DNA of 62,696 nucleotides, counting the filler, from Squatina squatina (Eukaryota): the NCBI GenBank assembly GCA_031763465.1. It is 4 parts of 4 records of this genome, joined end to end, with 100 filler letters (N's around TTAATTAATTAA, not from the genome) between each part and the next. Parts side by side here need not be neighbours in the genome. Positions count along the whole stretch, not along the records: positions 30,973 to 50,575 come from JARFOE010000001.1; 3 more parts are not named here. The stretch is one strand, 5' to 3'. This document shows positions 37,992 to 50,675 of the stretch, in pieces. Within the stretch, counting starts at the first letter, position 1. Every line of letters begins with the position of its first letter. A program made the position numbers and the translations under genes. Below the pieces are notes generated by a model. The model saw nothing but the letters and a program-made list of their open reading frames with translations. It ran no database searches and was not told the origin of the DNA.

Positions 37992-38858
37992 AGTCTTCTG
38001 ACACATTGCTCCTCAGGTAAGTTGAGGGAAGAAAATTGCTGACAGAAGATCCCACGGGGATAAAGCCACCTCTGCATATTAGCACAGTTCCTTCCTCTAC
38101 CTTCACCCTCTTGATGGTGTGGAGCAGGTGGGCCTCCCCCTTCCTTTGTTGTGTGGCCTCTGCCTGTGCCTATCTGCTAGTCCCTCTGCAGCTTCGGGTT
38201 TTGCCCATGTGCTGTGCTGGGGCTGCCTCAACTACTCCTCTCCTTTGGGGATTTCTCTGCTGCACCCTTTGATGATGTATTTGCCTCCACCTCCTACTTC
38301 TAAGCAGGTACTTCCTAAGATGGAGCAGCAGGAGATGGTTGACGACCAGACCTTCACCCATGGTGCAATGTGAATAAATCTCAAGAATGGCCTTGCAGAA
38401 CTATGTGGCACTTGAAGATAATTTTTTCCTTGTTGCTTATCTCTTGAATTCATTGTCGCAACAACATGGGACTGAGCGTATGACCACCCTCCTCGTCAAT
38501 GCCGCATTTCCCACTAACTGCTTCACTGACTTTTCAATCGTGGCGGTGCATCCGGGGCCGACTCTGCAGTGACAGCTTTTGCCGTCGCTGCAAACCGCAG
38601 ATGCATGTAACATTTTTCATTCTGCCGGTTCGCTCTTGAGGTGGCACGCACGGTGATGACGTCACAATCACTGTGCGCTGCCAATATGAGTGCCACACTG
38701 GCCTGCGGAGGCATCTCCTCTGGGCGCCTCCGCAAATCATGCCATGAATCTCCCGCAAGGTGATCCCTGCACCGCCAATGGGAAAAGACACCTTAACTCC
38801 CTGGGAGTGCCTCCAGCGGGCGCTGATCAGGCAATAAGAGAGCATGAATTTTGCCCCC
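37992..38858 (-). mobile_element. PIF/Harbinger element left end with transposase N-terminus
   Basis: Minus RWLYPRGIFCQQFSSLNLPEEQCVRRL aligns with the 8600-8670 transposase N-terminus; GGGGGCAAAATTC terminus at ~38846-38858. Confidence 0.65.
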
Positions 38859-38865
38859 TGAATCT

Positions 38866-39912
38866 ATTTGGGTTAAGTTAAGGAACAAAAAAGGAGCTGG
38901 GTGTATACTATAGGCCACCAAATAATAGGAAGGAGGTAGAGGAGCAAATTGGCCAGCAAATTTCTGAAAGATGCACGAACTTTAGAGTAATGATAATTAT
39001 CCTAGTGCAGACTGGGAAAATAACAGAGTAAAGGTCAAGAACTGAAAAAGGAAATAAGAGGGGCAAAGAGAGTGTATGAGAATAGTAGATTAGTTGGTAA
39101 CATAAAAGGGGATTCTCAGTTTTATAATTCTATAAATAGTAAAAGAGTAGTCAAAGGGACAGATATGCCGATCAGAGACTAAAATGAAATGATCTTATGG
39201 AAGTAAAGGGTCAGGCTGAGGTACTAAATGAATACTTTGCATCTGTCTTCACTAGAGAGGAGGATGCTGCCAATGTTACAGTAAAGGAGGAGGCAGTAGA
39301 GCAATTGGATAGGATAAAAATAAAGAGGAGGTACTAAAAAGGTTGGCAGTGCTCAAAGTAGAAAAGTCACCCGGTCTGGATCACATGCGTCCAAGGTTGC
39401 TGAGGGAAGTAAGGGTCTAAGTTGAGGAGGCTCTGGCCACAATCTTCCAATCCTCCGTGGATATGGGAGTGGTGCCAGTGGACATAGGAGTGCAAATGTT
39501 ACACCCTTGTTCAAAATAGTGAAGAGGGATAAATCCGGCAACTACAGGCCAGTCAGCCTAACATCGATGGTGGGGAAACTTTTAGAGAAATTAAGCTGGG
39601 ACAAAATTAATTGGCATTTGGAAAAATATGGGTTAATAAATTAATTTGTTAAAGGCAAATATGTTTGACTAACTTGATTGAGTTCTTCAACGGAGAGGGT
39701 TGATAAATGTATTGATGTTGTCTACATGGTCTTTCAAAAGGCGTTTGATACAGTATCACATAATAGAATTGAGCAAAATTGATCCTATGGAATTAAATGG
39801 ACAGTGGCAGTGTGGATACAAAATTGGCTAAAGGACTGAAAGCAGAGAAAAGTGGTGAACAGTTGTTTTTCAGACTAGAGGGAAGTGTGCAGGGGTTGAT
39901 GTTAGGACCAGC
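38866..39912 (+). mobile_element. CR1 LINE ORF2 (endonuclease to RT), degenerate with deletions
   Basis: GVYYRPP-like, AEVLNEYFASVFTRE, KSPG.D, GNYRPVSLTSMVGK and FQKAFD motifs with frameshifts. Confidence 0.85.
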
Positions 39913-40190
39913 ATTTCTAACCCCTTTAGTCCCTCCCGACAAACCTCTGCTGCTACTTCCTGGTTTATTTCAGTCACGTGATCAAGTTCCAGTACTTGTA
40001 ATCGGATACAGTTCCGAGCTGAAGAATAAAATTAATGCAGAGTGTGAATAATAATTAACGTCATAATTAAACTTCCACAGTTTAGAAAGAAACTAACGAT
40101 AGAAGAATCTGCCAATTATGGACTGTCGTTCTTAAGAGACAACATTTTTTCATTTGACTCAACAGCTCGATTCTTGCATTGACAGAATGT

Positions 40191-40383
40191 AACAGAGAGG
40201 AGCGGATGTTTAAAGAGTGGGAACAGAGGAGTGGCTGTTTACAGAGCGGAACAGAGGAGCGGCTGTTTACAGAGCGGAACAGAGGAGCGGCTGCTTACAG
40301 AGCGGGAACAGGGAGGAGCAGCTGTTTGCAGAGCAGAAACAGAGAGTAGCGGCTGTTTGCAGAGCGGGAACAGAGGAGCGGCG
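40191..40383 (+). repeat. ~28-31-bp tandem repeat (AGAGCGGAACAGAGGAGCGGCTGTTTAC) x ~7
   Basis: Directly visible; followed by sequence resembling the CR1 5'UTR at 6111-6150. Confidence 0.85.
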
Positions 40384-40725
40384 CCGAGGCTCCGATTAAA
40401 ATATTTTAAAAATCAGAGTGACGTCACAGGAAAGCAGGTAAGTGATTGGTTGGTGAGTGTGTCTCTTCTATTTCTCTTTCCTCTCTCTAAACGAGGGCAT
40501 TAGTTAAACTAAGAGCGGGGAAATTTAAAAAAATTCAGTCAGGTGAGTATAACAGTAAGTGAACTAACAATAAGCGTATTAGCACAGAGCAGCTTCACCT
40601 GAGTGCAGATTTCACCAAAGTGCAANNNNNNNNNNNNNNNNNNNNNNNNNNNNNNNNNNNNNNNNNNNNNNNNNNNNNNNNNNNNNNNNNNNNNNNNNNN
40701 NNNNNNNNNNNNNNNNNNNNNNNNN

Positions 40726-41053
40726 TGCACCTCCCCTTTTCCTAATCTGTCACCATTCAAATAATAATCTGCCTTCTTGTTCTTGCCACCAAAGTGGATA
40801 ACTTCACATTTATCCACATTATACTGCATCTGACATGTATCTGCCCACTCACCTAACCTATCCAAGTCACCCTGCATCCTCATGACACCCTCCTCGCAGC
40901 TAACACTGCCACCCAGCTTCGTGTCATCCGCAAACTTGGAGATGTTACATTCAAGTTGAGGTAAGGTCAGATCAGCCATGATCTCATTGAATGGTGGAGC
41001 AGGCTCGAGGGGCCAAATGGCTTACTCCTGCTCCTATTTCTTATGTTCTTATG
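40726..41053. mobile_element. CR1 RT fragment (minus, 40726-40950) joined to CR1 tail (plus, 40951-41053)
   Basis: CNISKFADDTKLGG..QGDLDRL.EW...QMQYNVDKCEVIHFG; tail GATCAGCCATGATCTCATTGAATGG...TTATGTTCTTATG. Confidence 0.88.
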
Positions 41054-41106
41054 TACTGGACAGCACTGATTAATAACTGAAGAAGAATGGAAAGTACTGT
41101 CCTTAC

Positions 41107-41202
41107 CATGGATGTAATGGTGCAACCTGCAGAGAGATGATGTCTCTACACCCGGCTCCCAAAGCCCAAATCACTTCATGGCCAACTGGATCTGTTGAAC
41201 TC
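41107..41202 (-). CDS. FBXO41: F-box only protein 41 exon
   Basis: 96-nt cag|...|gtaagg exon: SSTDPVGHEVIWALGAGCRDIISLQVAPLHP. Confidence 0.93.
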
Positions 41203-42111
41203 CTGAAAATATAACATAAAGATAAAGCTGAGTTAAAACAAACTGATGGAACGCAAATCAATGTAAAACTACAGTCGTAGCAGTCTCCAAAAGTACCTTT
41301 GCAGTATCTGTCATTCCCTCTCCAGTTACATGATGATGATACGTCCAGAATCACAAATATGGTCTGTGGACTTAGGGTTACGAACTTAAGAAAAAAACAA
41401 GAAATGGACATTTTGCTCAAGCCCATTCCCGCCATTGTCCAGATACCATTCACACTGTCATGTCTGTACATTCCTCTCCACCCTCACCTTCAACAAATGC
41501 GAGTAGCTCATGGACTTCCGTGTCATAAAGATTGAGACCATCCATTCAGCTGCATCTCCCATTTCACCCCTTCCCCAGCAGAATTTCCACAAAGCTTCCT
41601 TTTCCCATACTCCTGAACTTGCATCTCTCTCTAGTTTCTCTCCTATCTTTATTCATTCCAAGGTCCATCGCCTCATCCCTCCCTCTGTAACCTTCTCCAG
41701 CCCTCCAAGAAACAAAGCNNNNNNNNNNNNNNNNNNNNNNNNNNNNNNNNNNNNNNNNNNNNNNNNNNNNNNNNNNNNNNNNNNNNNNNNNNNNNNNNNN
41801 NNNNNNNNNNNNNNNNNNTTAAAAGAATAGGTGAATGAGTATTAGTTTTTGGGATTGTCTATATAAACTGCAGAGTCTTCTCCACTTCTGTACTTTCCCA
41901 TGTTCGTTGCAAATTTCTCCTTTTTTGTCCTCTGTGTTCTTCAGATGGACAACTGTATAATTCTGTGCAATACCCAAGTATTTCCTCATTATCAAATCCA
42001 ATCTCTCTCCATTCTGCTCATCTATACATTACATGCTCAACATATAGCAGCCGCAATTATTTCTCCCAGTACAGCTCAGATAAGTTGTAAAAGAATGACC
42101 ATTTTACTCAC

Positions 42112-42264
42112 CTGTAAGTTACTGCTTGTAGTGCACGGCAGTAACAGCTTGCCAACCAAAGTGAGCGGTCAGTCAGGATGTTTGGACAATGAGAGACCTT
42201 CAGAATTAGGAGGTTACTGCCAGCAGCCTTCAGCAGGGACTCCAGCCCAGTCTCCAGACAGCCA
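42112..42264 (-). CDS. FBXO41: F-box only protein 41 exon
   Basis: 153-nt cag|...|gtgagt exon: GCLETGLESLLKAAGSNLLILKVSHCPNILTDRSLWLASCYCRALQAVTY; phases match both neighbours. Confidence 0.94.
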
Positions 42265-43033
42265 CTGGCATGACAAAATTAAACACGTGTTCATTTGTAT
42301 ATGTACTGAAAACATATATTGGGCTCAATATTTCCTCTCGACACCAGAGCTCGTTGCAATTAGACTTCCCTTGTGGCACAACTGTTGTTAGTACCAGATC
42401 TCTGCCTTCTCCACTCCCAGCATTTTGCAACTGCTATCCAACAACATTGCCAAGTATAATCAGACTTTTGCAAATTGATAACATGATTGCCAATAGCACT
42501 TTGGTCTCAACCACTCAGAATTAAAACATGTTGTTGAACCCAGTCACAAAATATTTCAAATTCCTTCAATTACCATACAGAGCTGGATACAAAGTGTGTG
42601 GAAACCAGAAATAGAAATAGGAGCAAGGAGGTAAAGTATTCTTTTTCGCCAGGTTAGTTGTCCTACTCGTATTTTTCTCATCTTTAGTGCAACAATATAG
42701 AATTACATTAATGTCAATTAATTTAGGAGCCGATTTACAAGAGGTTTGGAGTATAATTCTGTACTTATTGAAAGTCGAAGTGACTTAATATGATTTGACA
42801 GCAAATTTTGGAAGCTGGATTCAATTGAACAATCATTTGGGTTGCTGTCTCTGAATGAAATACTTCCCTGCGTGCATTTTCTTTTCTCTGGTTTAGACTC
42901 AGCTCCCAATAGCATGAAACCTACCCCAGCAGCAGCACTGGTAGATTTACAGGCTAAGTATATTAATCAAATAACCAACAGTGGATATCAACTGTTACAC
43001 AAGAGTCTTGATAATGTAGGAGATGATGCTCAC

Positions 43034-43149
43034 TGTGTGCTTTTAAAATATTCTTCCTTACTCTCCTTCTTCCCCTTTGGTCGAGGTTTGATGCTTTGCA
43101 GAGTAAGTGAGTGCGTCTGTGTACACCACTGGGAAAGGGTCACCATGAA
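43034..43149 (-). CDS. FBXO41: F-box only protein 41 exon
   Basis: 116-nt ttcag|...|gtgagc exon: FMVTLSQWCTQTHSLTLQSIKPRPKGKKESKEEYFKST. Confidence 0.92.
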
Positions 43150-43177
43150 CTGAAACATACAGAATATCTGGTTCGTA

Positions 43178-46006
43178 TGATTACAATCCAAACAGTTTTC
43201 TGATTACAGACCATAGAGTACTGTGATTACAATCCATACAGTTTTATGATTCCAGTCCATATAGTAGTCTGATTACAGTCCATATAGTATTCTGATTACA
43301 GTCCACACTTGTACTCTGATCACAGTCAATAAAGTATTCTGAATACAGTACACACAGTACACCGATTACAGTCCATACAGTATTCCGATTACAGTCCACA
43401 CAGTACTCTGGTTACTGCCCACACAGTATTCTGATTACAGTACATAGAGTACTCTGATTACAGCCCATAAAGTACTTTGATTACAGTCCAAACAGTATTC
43501 TGATTACAGTCCACACAGTACTCTGATTATAGTCCATATAGTACTCTGATTACAGTCCATGCCGTGTTCTGATTACAGCCCAAATAGTACTCTCACAGTC
43601 CATACAGTATTCTGATTACAGCCCATACAGTATTCTGATTACAGTCCACACCGTATACTGATTGCAATCCATATAATACACTGATTACAGTTCATACAGT
43701 ATTCTAATTACAGTCCACACAATACTCTAATTGCAGTCCATATAGTACTCTGATTACTGTCCGCATGGTACTCTGATTACATTCCATACAGTACTTTGAG
43801 TACAATCCATACAGTGTTGTGATTACAAACCAGTATTCTGATACATTTCACACAGTTCTCTGATTACATTCCATACAGTATACTGATTACAAACCATAGA
43901 GTACACTGATTACAGTCCACGCAGTATTCTGATTGCAGTCCATATAATACACTGATTACAGTCCATACAGTATTCTAATTACAGTCCACACAATACTCTG
44001 ATTACAGTCCATATAGTACTCTGATTACAGTCCATACAGTATTATGATTACCATGCATAGAGTGCTCTGATTACAATCCATACACTACTTTGATTACAAT
44101 CCATACATTATTATGATTACAGTCCATACAGTATTCTGATATATTTCGCACAGTTCTCTGATTATATTCCATTCAGTCTTCTGATTACAACCCATAGAGT
44201 ACTCTGTTTACAGTCAATAAAGTCTGCTGTTTGCAGTCCTTACAGTATTCTGATTATAGTCCACACAGTACTCTGATTATAGTCCATAGAGTACTCTGAC
44301 TGCAATTCATACAGTTTTCTGCTTACAGTACACACAGTACTCTGATAACAGTTCATACAGTATTTTGATATGAGTCCATATAGTACACCGATTACAGTCC
44401 ATACAGTATTCAGATTGCAGTCCATATAATTCTCTGATTACCATCGATACAATATTCTGAATACAATCCATATGGTACACGATTACAGAACATTCAGTAC
44501 TCTGATTAGACCCCGCACAATATTCAGGTGATAGTCCATACATTATTCAGATTACAGTCCATACAGTCCTCTGATTACAGCCAATACAGTATTCTGAGTA
44601 CAACGCATGCAACACTCTGATTACACTCCATACAATATTCTGATTACAGTCCACACAGTATTCTGATTACAGTCCATAGAGTACTCTGATTACAGCCCAT
44701 ACAGTACTTTGATTACAGTCCAAACAGTATTCAGTTTACAGTCCACACAGTACTCTGATTACAGTCCATATAGTACTCCGATTACAGTACATACAATATT
44801 CCGATTATAGCCCATAGAGTACTCTGAATGCAGTCAATAACGTATTCTGATTGCAGCCCATACAATATTCTGATTACAGTCCACACAGTATTCTAATTAC
44901 AGTACATATAATACACTGATTACAGTCCATACAGTATTCTGATTGCAGTCCACACAGTACTCTGATTACAGTCCACATGGTACTCTGAATTCAGTGCATA
45001 CAGTACTTTGATTACAGTCCAAACAGTATTCTGATTACAGTCCACACAGTACTCTGGTTATAGTCCATATAGTACTCCGATTACAGTCCATACGGTATTT
45101 TGATTACAGTCCATATTTAATCTGACTACAATCCATACAGTTTTCTGAATGCAGTCCACACAGTACTCTGATTACCGTCCATATAGTACTCTGATTACAG
45201 TCCAAACAGTATTCTGATTACAGTCCACACAGTACTCTTGTTATAGTCCATATAGTACTCCGATTACAGTCCATACAGTATTTTGATTACAGTCCATATT
45301 TAATCTGACTACAATCCATACAGTATTCTGATTGCAGTCCACACAGTACTCTGATTACCGTCCATATAGTGCTCTGATTACAGTCCATACAGTATTCTGA
45401 TTACAGTCCACACTTGTACTCTGATCACAGTCCATATAGTACTCGGAATGCAGTCCATACTCTACTCTGATCACAGTCAATAAAGTATTCTGATTACAGT
45501 CCACACAGTAATCTTAATACAGTGCAGACAGTTCTCTGATTACAGTTCATACCGTATTTTGATAAGAGTCCATATAGTACACCAATTACGGTCCTTAAAG
45601 TATTCAGATTATCATCCATACAGTATTCTGAATACAATCTATTCGGTACGCTGATTACAGTCCATTCAGTACTCTGATTAGACCCCGCACAGTACTCAGG
45701 TGACAGTCCATACATTATTCGGATTACAGTCCATATAGTACTCTGATTACAGCCGATACAGTATTCTGAGTACAATCCATACAGTACTCTGAATACACTC
45801 CATACAATATTCTGATTACAGCCCACACAGTATTCTTATTACAGTACTTAGAGTACTCTGATTACAGCCCATACAGTACTTTGATTACAGTCCAAACAGT
45901 ATTCTTATTACAGTCCACACAGTACTCTGGTTATAGTCCATATAGTACTCCGATTACAGTCCATACAGTATTTTGATTACAGTCCATATTTAATCTGACT
46001 ACAATC
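43178..46006. repeat. 23-bp tandem satellite/minisatellite (CTGATTACAGTCCAYACAGTAYT), ~120 units, intronic in FBXO41
   Basis: Directly visible; head-to-tail units with no unique spacers; runs into a gap. Confidence 0.97.
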
Positions 46007-46209
46007 NNNNNNNNNNNNNNNNNNNNNNNNNNNNNNNNNNNNNNNNNNNNNNNNNNNNNNNNNNNNNNNNNNNNNNNNNNNNNNNNNNNNNNNNNNNNNN
46101 NNNNNNTTTTCAGAGATCTTCTCCAATGAATAATTGGTCAATGTTTTGTGGACCCACTGCAGTTCGAGAACCACTGATCAACAGTGTCAGGATATAGTGC
46201 AGTACTTAC

Positions 46210-46571
46210 TGGTACCCAGTCGGTTAGCCCTGGCACGGTTTGATCCAAATTGCTGTGGCTCTGTTGAACTTTTACTTTCTGGTTCCCATACTTCCGCCTC
46301 CGATTCAGTTGTTCTAGATCCTGCATCTGACACATCACCTTCTTCTCCCTCTGTACTGTTGCGATATGGTCTACGGTGCCAGTTTTCAACAGCTTGCCTC
46401 CGTAGTGCTGAACTCCGTGACATGGGATCCCTGACGCACCTACCCTCTGAGTTGCGGTTTTGTTTATGATAATAGTTCCTTTCTGGACTCTGTTCAACGT
46501 GCTGCATATCTACAGACGGCGTAAAACTGTCACTATCATAGCATCGTGACACAGGGGCTACTGGCTTCGGT
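46210..46571 (-). CDS. FBXO41: F-box only protein 41 exon (acceptor position approximate)
   Basis: CYDSDS...SSALRRQAVENWHRRPYRNSTEGEEGDVSDAGSRTTESEAE; GTAAGT donor at 46209-46204. Confidence 0.88.
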
Positions 46572-46891
46572 CTAGTGGAAACAGCACCGGCATAAAAAAG
46601 AAAGGTTAATAGATCTCCTGAGCTGAAAAGAATAAATTGCTCATTGCATTAAATATTTTATTAACCTACATCAGCTAACATTTTTATATAACTCAGAACT
46701 ATAAACATCAAACTGCTTGGAGATTCAGAGCAGACAAAAATAAATAAGAAATAATGAGCCATTCAGTCTTTCAAGTTTACCTTTCCAGTGANNNNNNNNN
46801 NNNNNNNNNNNNNNNNNNNNNNNNNNNNNNNNNNNNNNNNNNNNNNNNNNNNNNNNNNNNNNNNNNNNNNNNNNNNNNNNNNNNNNNNNNN

Positions 46892-47310
46892 TGTTCTCCT
46901 TAAAGTAGAGAAGGTTAAGGGGACACCTGGTTGAGATGTTCAAAATTATGAATGGTTTTGATAAGAATAAATATGGGGAAATTGTTTCCATTACCGAAAG
47001 GATCAGTAACCAGAGGACACAGATTTAAAGTAATTGTCAAAAGAACCAGAGGCAACACGAGGGAACATTTTTTTTTGTATACAGCAAGTTGTTCCGATTT
47101 GGAATGCACTGCCTGAAAGGGTGATGGAATTGGATTCAATAATAACTTACAAAAGGAAATTGGATAAATACTTGAAGGGAAAAAAATTCCAGGGCTATGG
47201 GGAATGAGCAGGCAAGTGGGACGAATTGGATAGCTCTTTCAAAGAGCTGGCACAGGCATGTTGGACTGAATGGCCTCCTTCTGTACTGTTTCATTCTATG
47301 ATTCTATGCT
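46892..47310 (+). mobile_element. CR1 LINE 3' end
   Basis: RRLRGHLVEMFKIMNGFD..TRGH.FK..WNALP and tail GGCCTCCTTCTGT...CTATGATTCTATG. Confidence 0.85.
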
Positions 47311-47435
47311 AAAAGTATATGCAAGACTTTTATGGATGATTATGATAAACACTTGGCACAAGCCCAGTACTAATTATTTATAAATCCATATTCACCATTC
47401 TTTATAATATTACTGATCACAGCAAATATACTTAC

Positions 47436-48267
47436 TGCTGTTTCCTGGCTAGCTCCTGGTCCTTCTGCACTAAATCTTGTTTCAATGTAGCCAGCATCTC
47501 TACACTCACATCGACCTGGCGTGATAACTCGGAGGCCTTTTCTTCAAGGTCTTGCTTTTCTCGACTCAACTTCACGCTTTCCTGTTTGGCTTTCTCCAAC
47601 TCTGAGCTTTTTTTTTCAAGTTCTGTCTGGAGCTTATCTACACGGGCTGTGATCTTCTGCTCCACTTCCTCGGAGAGCTTCTCCAGGCGTTCATTCAAGT
47701 CTAGTTTTTCAAGGGCTTGGATCTTTAATCGAGCCAGCNNNNNNNNNNNNNNNNNNNNNNNNNNNNNNNNNNNNNNNNNNNNNNNNNNNNNNNNNNNNNN
47801 NNNNNNNNNNNNNNNNNNNNNNNNNNNNNNNNNNNNNNCTTTAATCGAGCCAGCCCTTCCTCATAAACAGCATCCACCGCTGCTGCAGCTAGAGCAGAAG
47901 GAGGAGCTGAAGAGGTCATTGCCTTTCTCATGAGTATTTCGTTTACTGGAACCTCAACCTCAGGCAAGTAACAGGTGGAACCAAGTGGTAATTCCTCCCC
48001 ACACTGTAAATCATATAAATATCTCTGCTCTTTGCTCCGGAACGAGGTGCTTTCAAAGATTTCTTTGCAGGAAGCAGGTATCAGAATTGACTTGTCAAGC
48101 TCTGAAGACAGAACACTAGCATCACAGATGCTGTTGGACTTAGAAAGGACATAAAGTGTCTCATACGTGTGATTGCATTCCAGATGAGCTCGCAATGAAG
48201 ACAGACTCCTGAAACGCTTGTGTTCCCCACACCTTGGACAGCGGTAGGGTAGGTCCAAAGAGGCCAT
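47436..48267 (-). CDS. FBXO41: F-box only protein 41 first coding exon (C2H2-like N-terminus plus coiled coil), split by a false gap
   Basis: MASLDLPYRCPRCGEHKRFRSLSSLRAHLE..YEEGLARLKIQALEKL..ELSRQVDVSVEMLATLKQDLV..RKQ; donor gtaagt at 47435-47430. Confidence 0.96.
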
Positions 48268-48530
48268 TCCTCAAAGAGCCCCACGATATGGACATTCAGT
48301 GCACTGCTCATGGAGAGGGCCGTTTCTCATACTGAAGTATTGTGTTCATAAATCTTCAGAGGTAGAACACAAAAAGACAATGCAGAGTGAAGTTTATGAG
48401 ACATCACGGTGCAGACATTCTGACTGTCCTNNNNNNNNNNNNNNNNNNNNNNNNNNNNNNNNNNNNNNNNNNNNNNNNNNNNNNNNNNNNNNNNNNNNNN
48501 NNNNNNNNNNNNNNNNNNNNNNNNNNNNNN

Positions 48531-48678
48531 TGGCCCTTACGGCTAAAGGGATCAGGGGGTATGGAGAGAAAGCAGGTACGGGGTACTGAGTTGCATGATC
48601 AGCCATGGTCATACTGAATGGCGGTGCAGGCTCGAAGGGCCGAATGGCCTACTCCTGCACCTAATTTCTATGTTTCTA
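48531..48678 (+). mobile_element. CR1/HER1 LINE 3' tail
   Basis: GATCAGCCATGGTCATACTGAATGGCGGTGCAGGCTCGAAGGGCCGAATGGCCTACTCCTGC..TTCTATGTTTCTA. Confidence 0.85.
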
Positions 48679-49184
48679 CATGAGGGATTAATCTCATGTT
48701 GGGCTTTAGGTTTCATTTTCTCGGGAAGATTTGTGTTAGATTTTATTTTAGGCTTTGAGACAGTATTTCACTGAAACCAGATAAAGAGAATAAATCCCAC
48801 AGAGAGGCCCATAGAATGACCCATGACCTCAGCCATACCAAGCTATGCCAAGTTGGGGCTTTTGATTTAGTTGAATTTGGCCAACAATAGAGGCTTAACT
48901 ATACTTTTTAATTATCATAGTATGTTTAAGTTAACCAGTGTGTAAGAACAGAATAGAATTTAATGATTCACTTCATGATGGAATAGTATGGGAATTGTAA
49001 TGGTTAGCATATTAGCCAGCTGCAGACATAAAAAAAACCTGATAGATAATGAGCAAACATGAACAGTAGTCTCTGAGCTTGGTATGTGTCAAGTCATTGA
49101 CTTCAGACTAGGGAGGACTCTGGGGAAGAGATAAGGACCCATGGCTTTGAAAGCCTTGAAGGGACAGGGTCGAACGAGATTTCA

Positions 49185-49392
49185 GCTCTGGAATTCCTTT
49201 CATAAACTTCTTCACCTCTTTCCTCTCCTTTAAGACCCTCCTTAAAACCCAACTCTCTGACCAAACCTTTTAGTCACTTCCCTAACGTCTCTTTCTTTGG
49301 TTTGGTGTCAGTTTTTGCGTGGTAACGCTTTCGGAAAGCGCCTTGGGATGTTTTTCTATGCTAAAGGCACTACATAAATGCAAGTTGTTGTA
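49185..49392 (+). mobile_element. L2-type LINE 3' end
   Basis: Matches 19500-19690. Confidence 0.7.
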
Positions 49393-49935
49393 AACATAGA
49401 TTAGCCAAAGTACACCCAAGGCTTGAACACTGCTCGCATAACTGGCACCTCATATCTAGGCTGTATTCAACTGAGATTCCAGAAGTGTAAGCACAGTGCT
49501 TTAACCCACTGCACCTATATTTTCCAAATAATGAAAAGATTTGCCCAACATTTCTTCAACTGTCTCTTTAAAAGGTGGAGGTAGAAACAGTTGCACATAT
49601 TGTGTAGTCTTTTCATTGGTCCTAGACTGTTGCTCAGACTGTTAGATTTACTCATGTTACCAAAAAGAATCTTGAATTATTTTTTGTAGTTTAATTTTGC
49701 CATGCCATTTCACCCCTTGTGTTTGCCAATATGTTGTTTATCTGCAGCTTACGTAACTGATTCCCTCAAAAGAAGCAAATCGACAATTCTAATTTAGAGA
49801 TCAGTTGGGGATTTTCATGAAGCCAAAATACTCATNNNNNNNNNNNNNNNNNNNNNNNNNNNNNNNNNNNNNNNNNNNNNNNNNNNNNNNNNNNNNNNNN
49901 NNNNNNNNNNNNNNNNNNNNNNNNNNNNNNNNNNN

Positions 49936-50350
49936 GGCCTGGGGATTTATCCATCTTCAGAGGTGCTAAACCCCTGAATACTTCCTCTTTCACTATGTTT
50001 ATTTCATTTAAAATTAGCACTTCTCCCTCCGATTTCAATGGCTGTGTCGTCTCTCTCTTTTGTGAAAACAGACACAAAGTATTCATTAAGAAACATACCC
50101 ACATCCTCCGCCTCCACACACAGCTTACCTTCAGAGTCCCTACTCGGTCCTACTCTTTCTTTGATTATCTTCTTGCTCTTAATGTATTTAGAAAACATCT
50201 TGGGTTTTCTTGATTTTGCTTGCCAATATTTTTTCGTGCACCCTCTTTCTTTTTAATTTCACCCCTGCACTCTATACTCTTCCAGGGTTTCTGCAGTATT
50301 CAGCTCTCGGTATCTGTTATAATCTTCCCTTTTTTTCTTTATCCCACCCT
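49936..50350 (-). mobile_element. CR1 LINE ORF2 fragment
   Basis: FSKYIKSK..KERVGP.RD..FLNEYFVSVFTKE and LKMDKSPG motifs. Confidence 0.85.
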
Positions 50351-50575
50351 TGACATTCAGGGGGCTCTAGCGGCAGCTAATTCGTCCTTTCTTGGCGGCG
50401 TTAAAGTAACGTTAAATCGGCATTAATGACCTAACGCCAATTTTGGGCACTAACTTTACTGGTGGGAAATTCGTCTCCCGTTAACGCTGGCGCTAAATGG
50501 GCGTTACACCTGTAGTGCTGGAAACTCAGCGTCCAGCGCTAGATGCCGTCAATGAAGTCATCAGTAGGCGCAATG

Positions 50576-50675
50576 NNNNNNNNNNNNNNNNNNNNNNNNN
50601 NNNNNNNNNNNNNNNNNNNTTAATTAATTAANNNNNNNNNNNNNNNNNNNNNNNNNNNNNNNNNNNNNNNNNNNN
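50576..50675. other. artificial scaffold linker N44-TTAATTAATTAA-N44
   Basis: Same linker as 16568-16667. Confidence 0.95.

Noticed and set aside
36785-38106. Long Pro/Ser/Leu- and Gly/Glu/Arg-rich ORFs (up to 379 aa)
   Set aside because: Artefacts of the CT-rich low-complexity tract and read-through across N gaps
44240-45826. Cys/Tyr-rich short ORFs
   Set aside because: Translations of the 23-bp satellite
43178-46006. CRISPR-like array of 23-bp repeats
   Set aside because: Units are head-to-tail with no unique spacers, there are no cas genes, and it lies in a vertebrate intron
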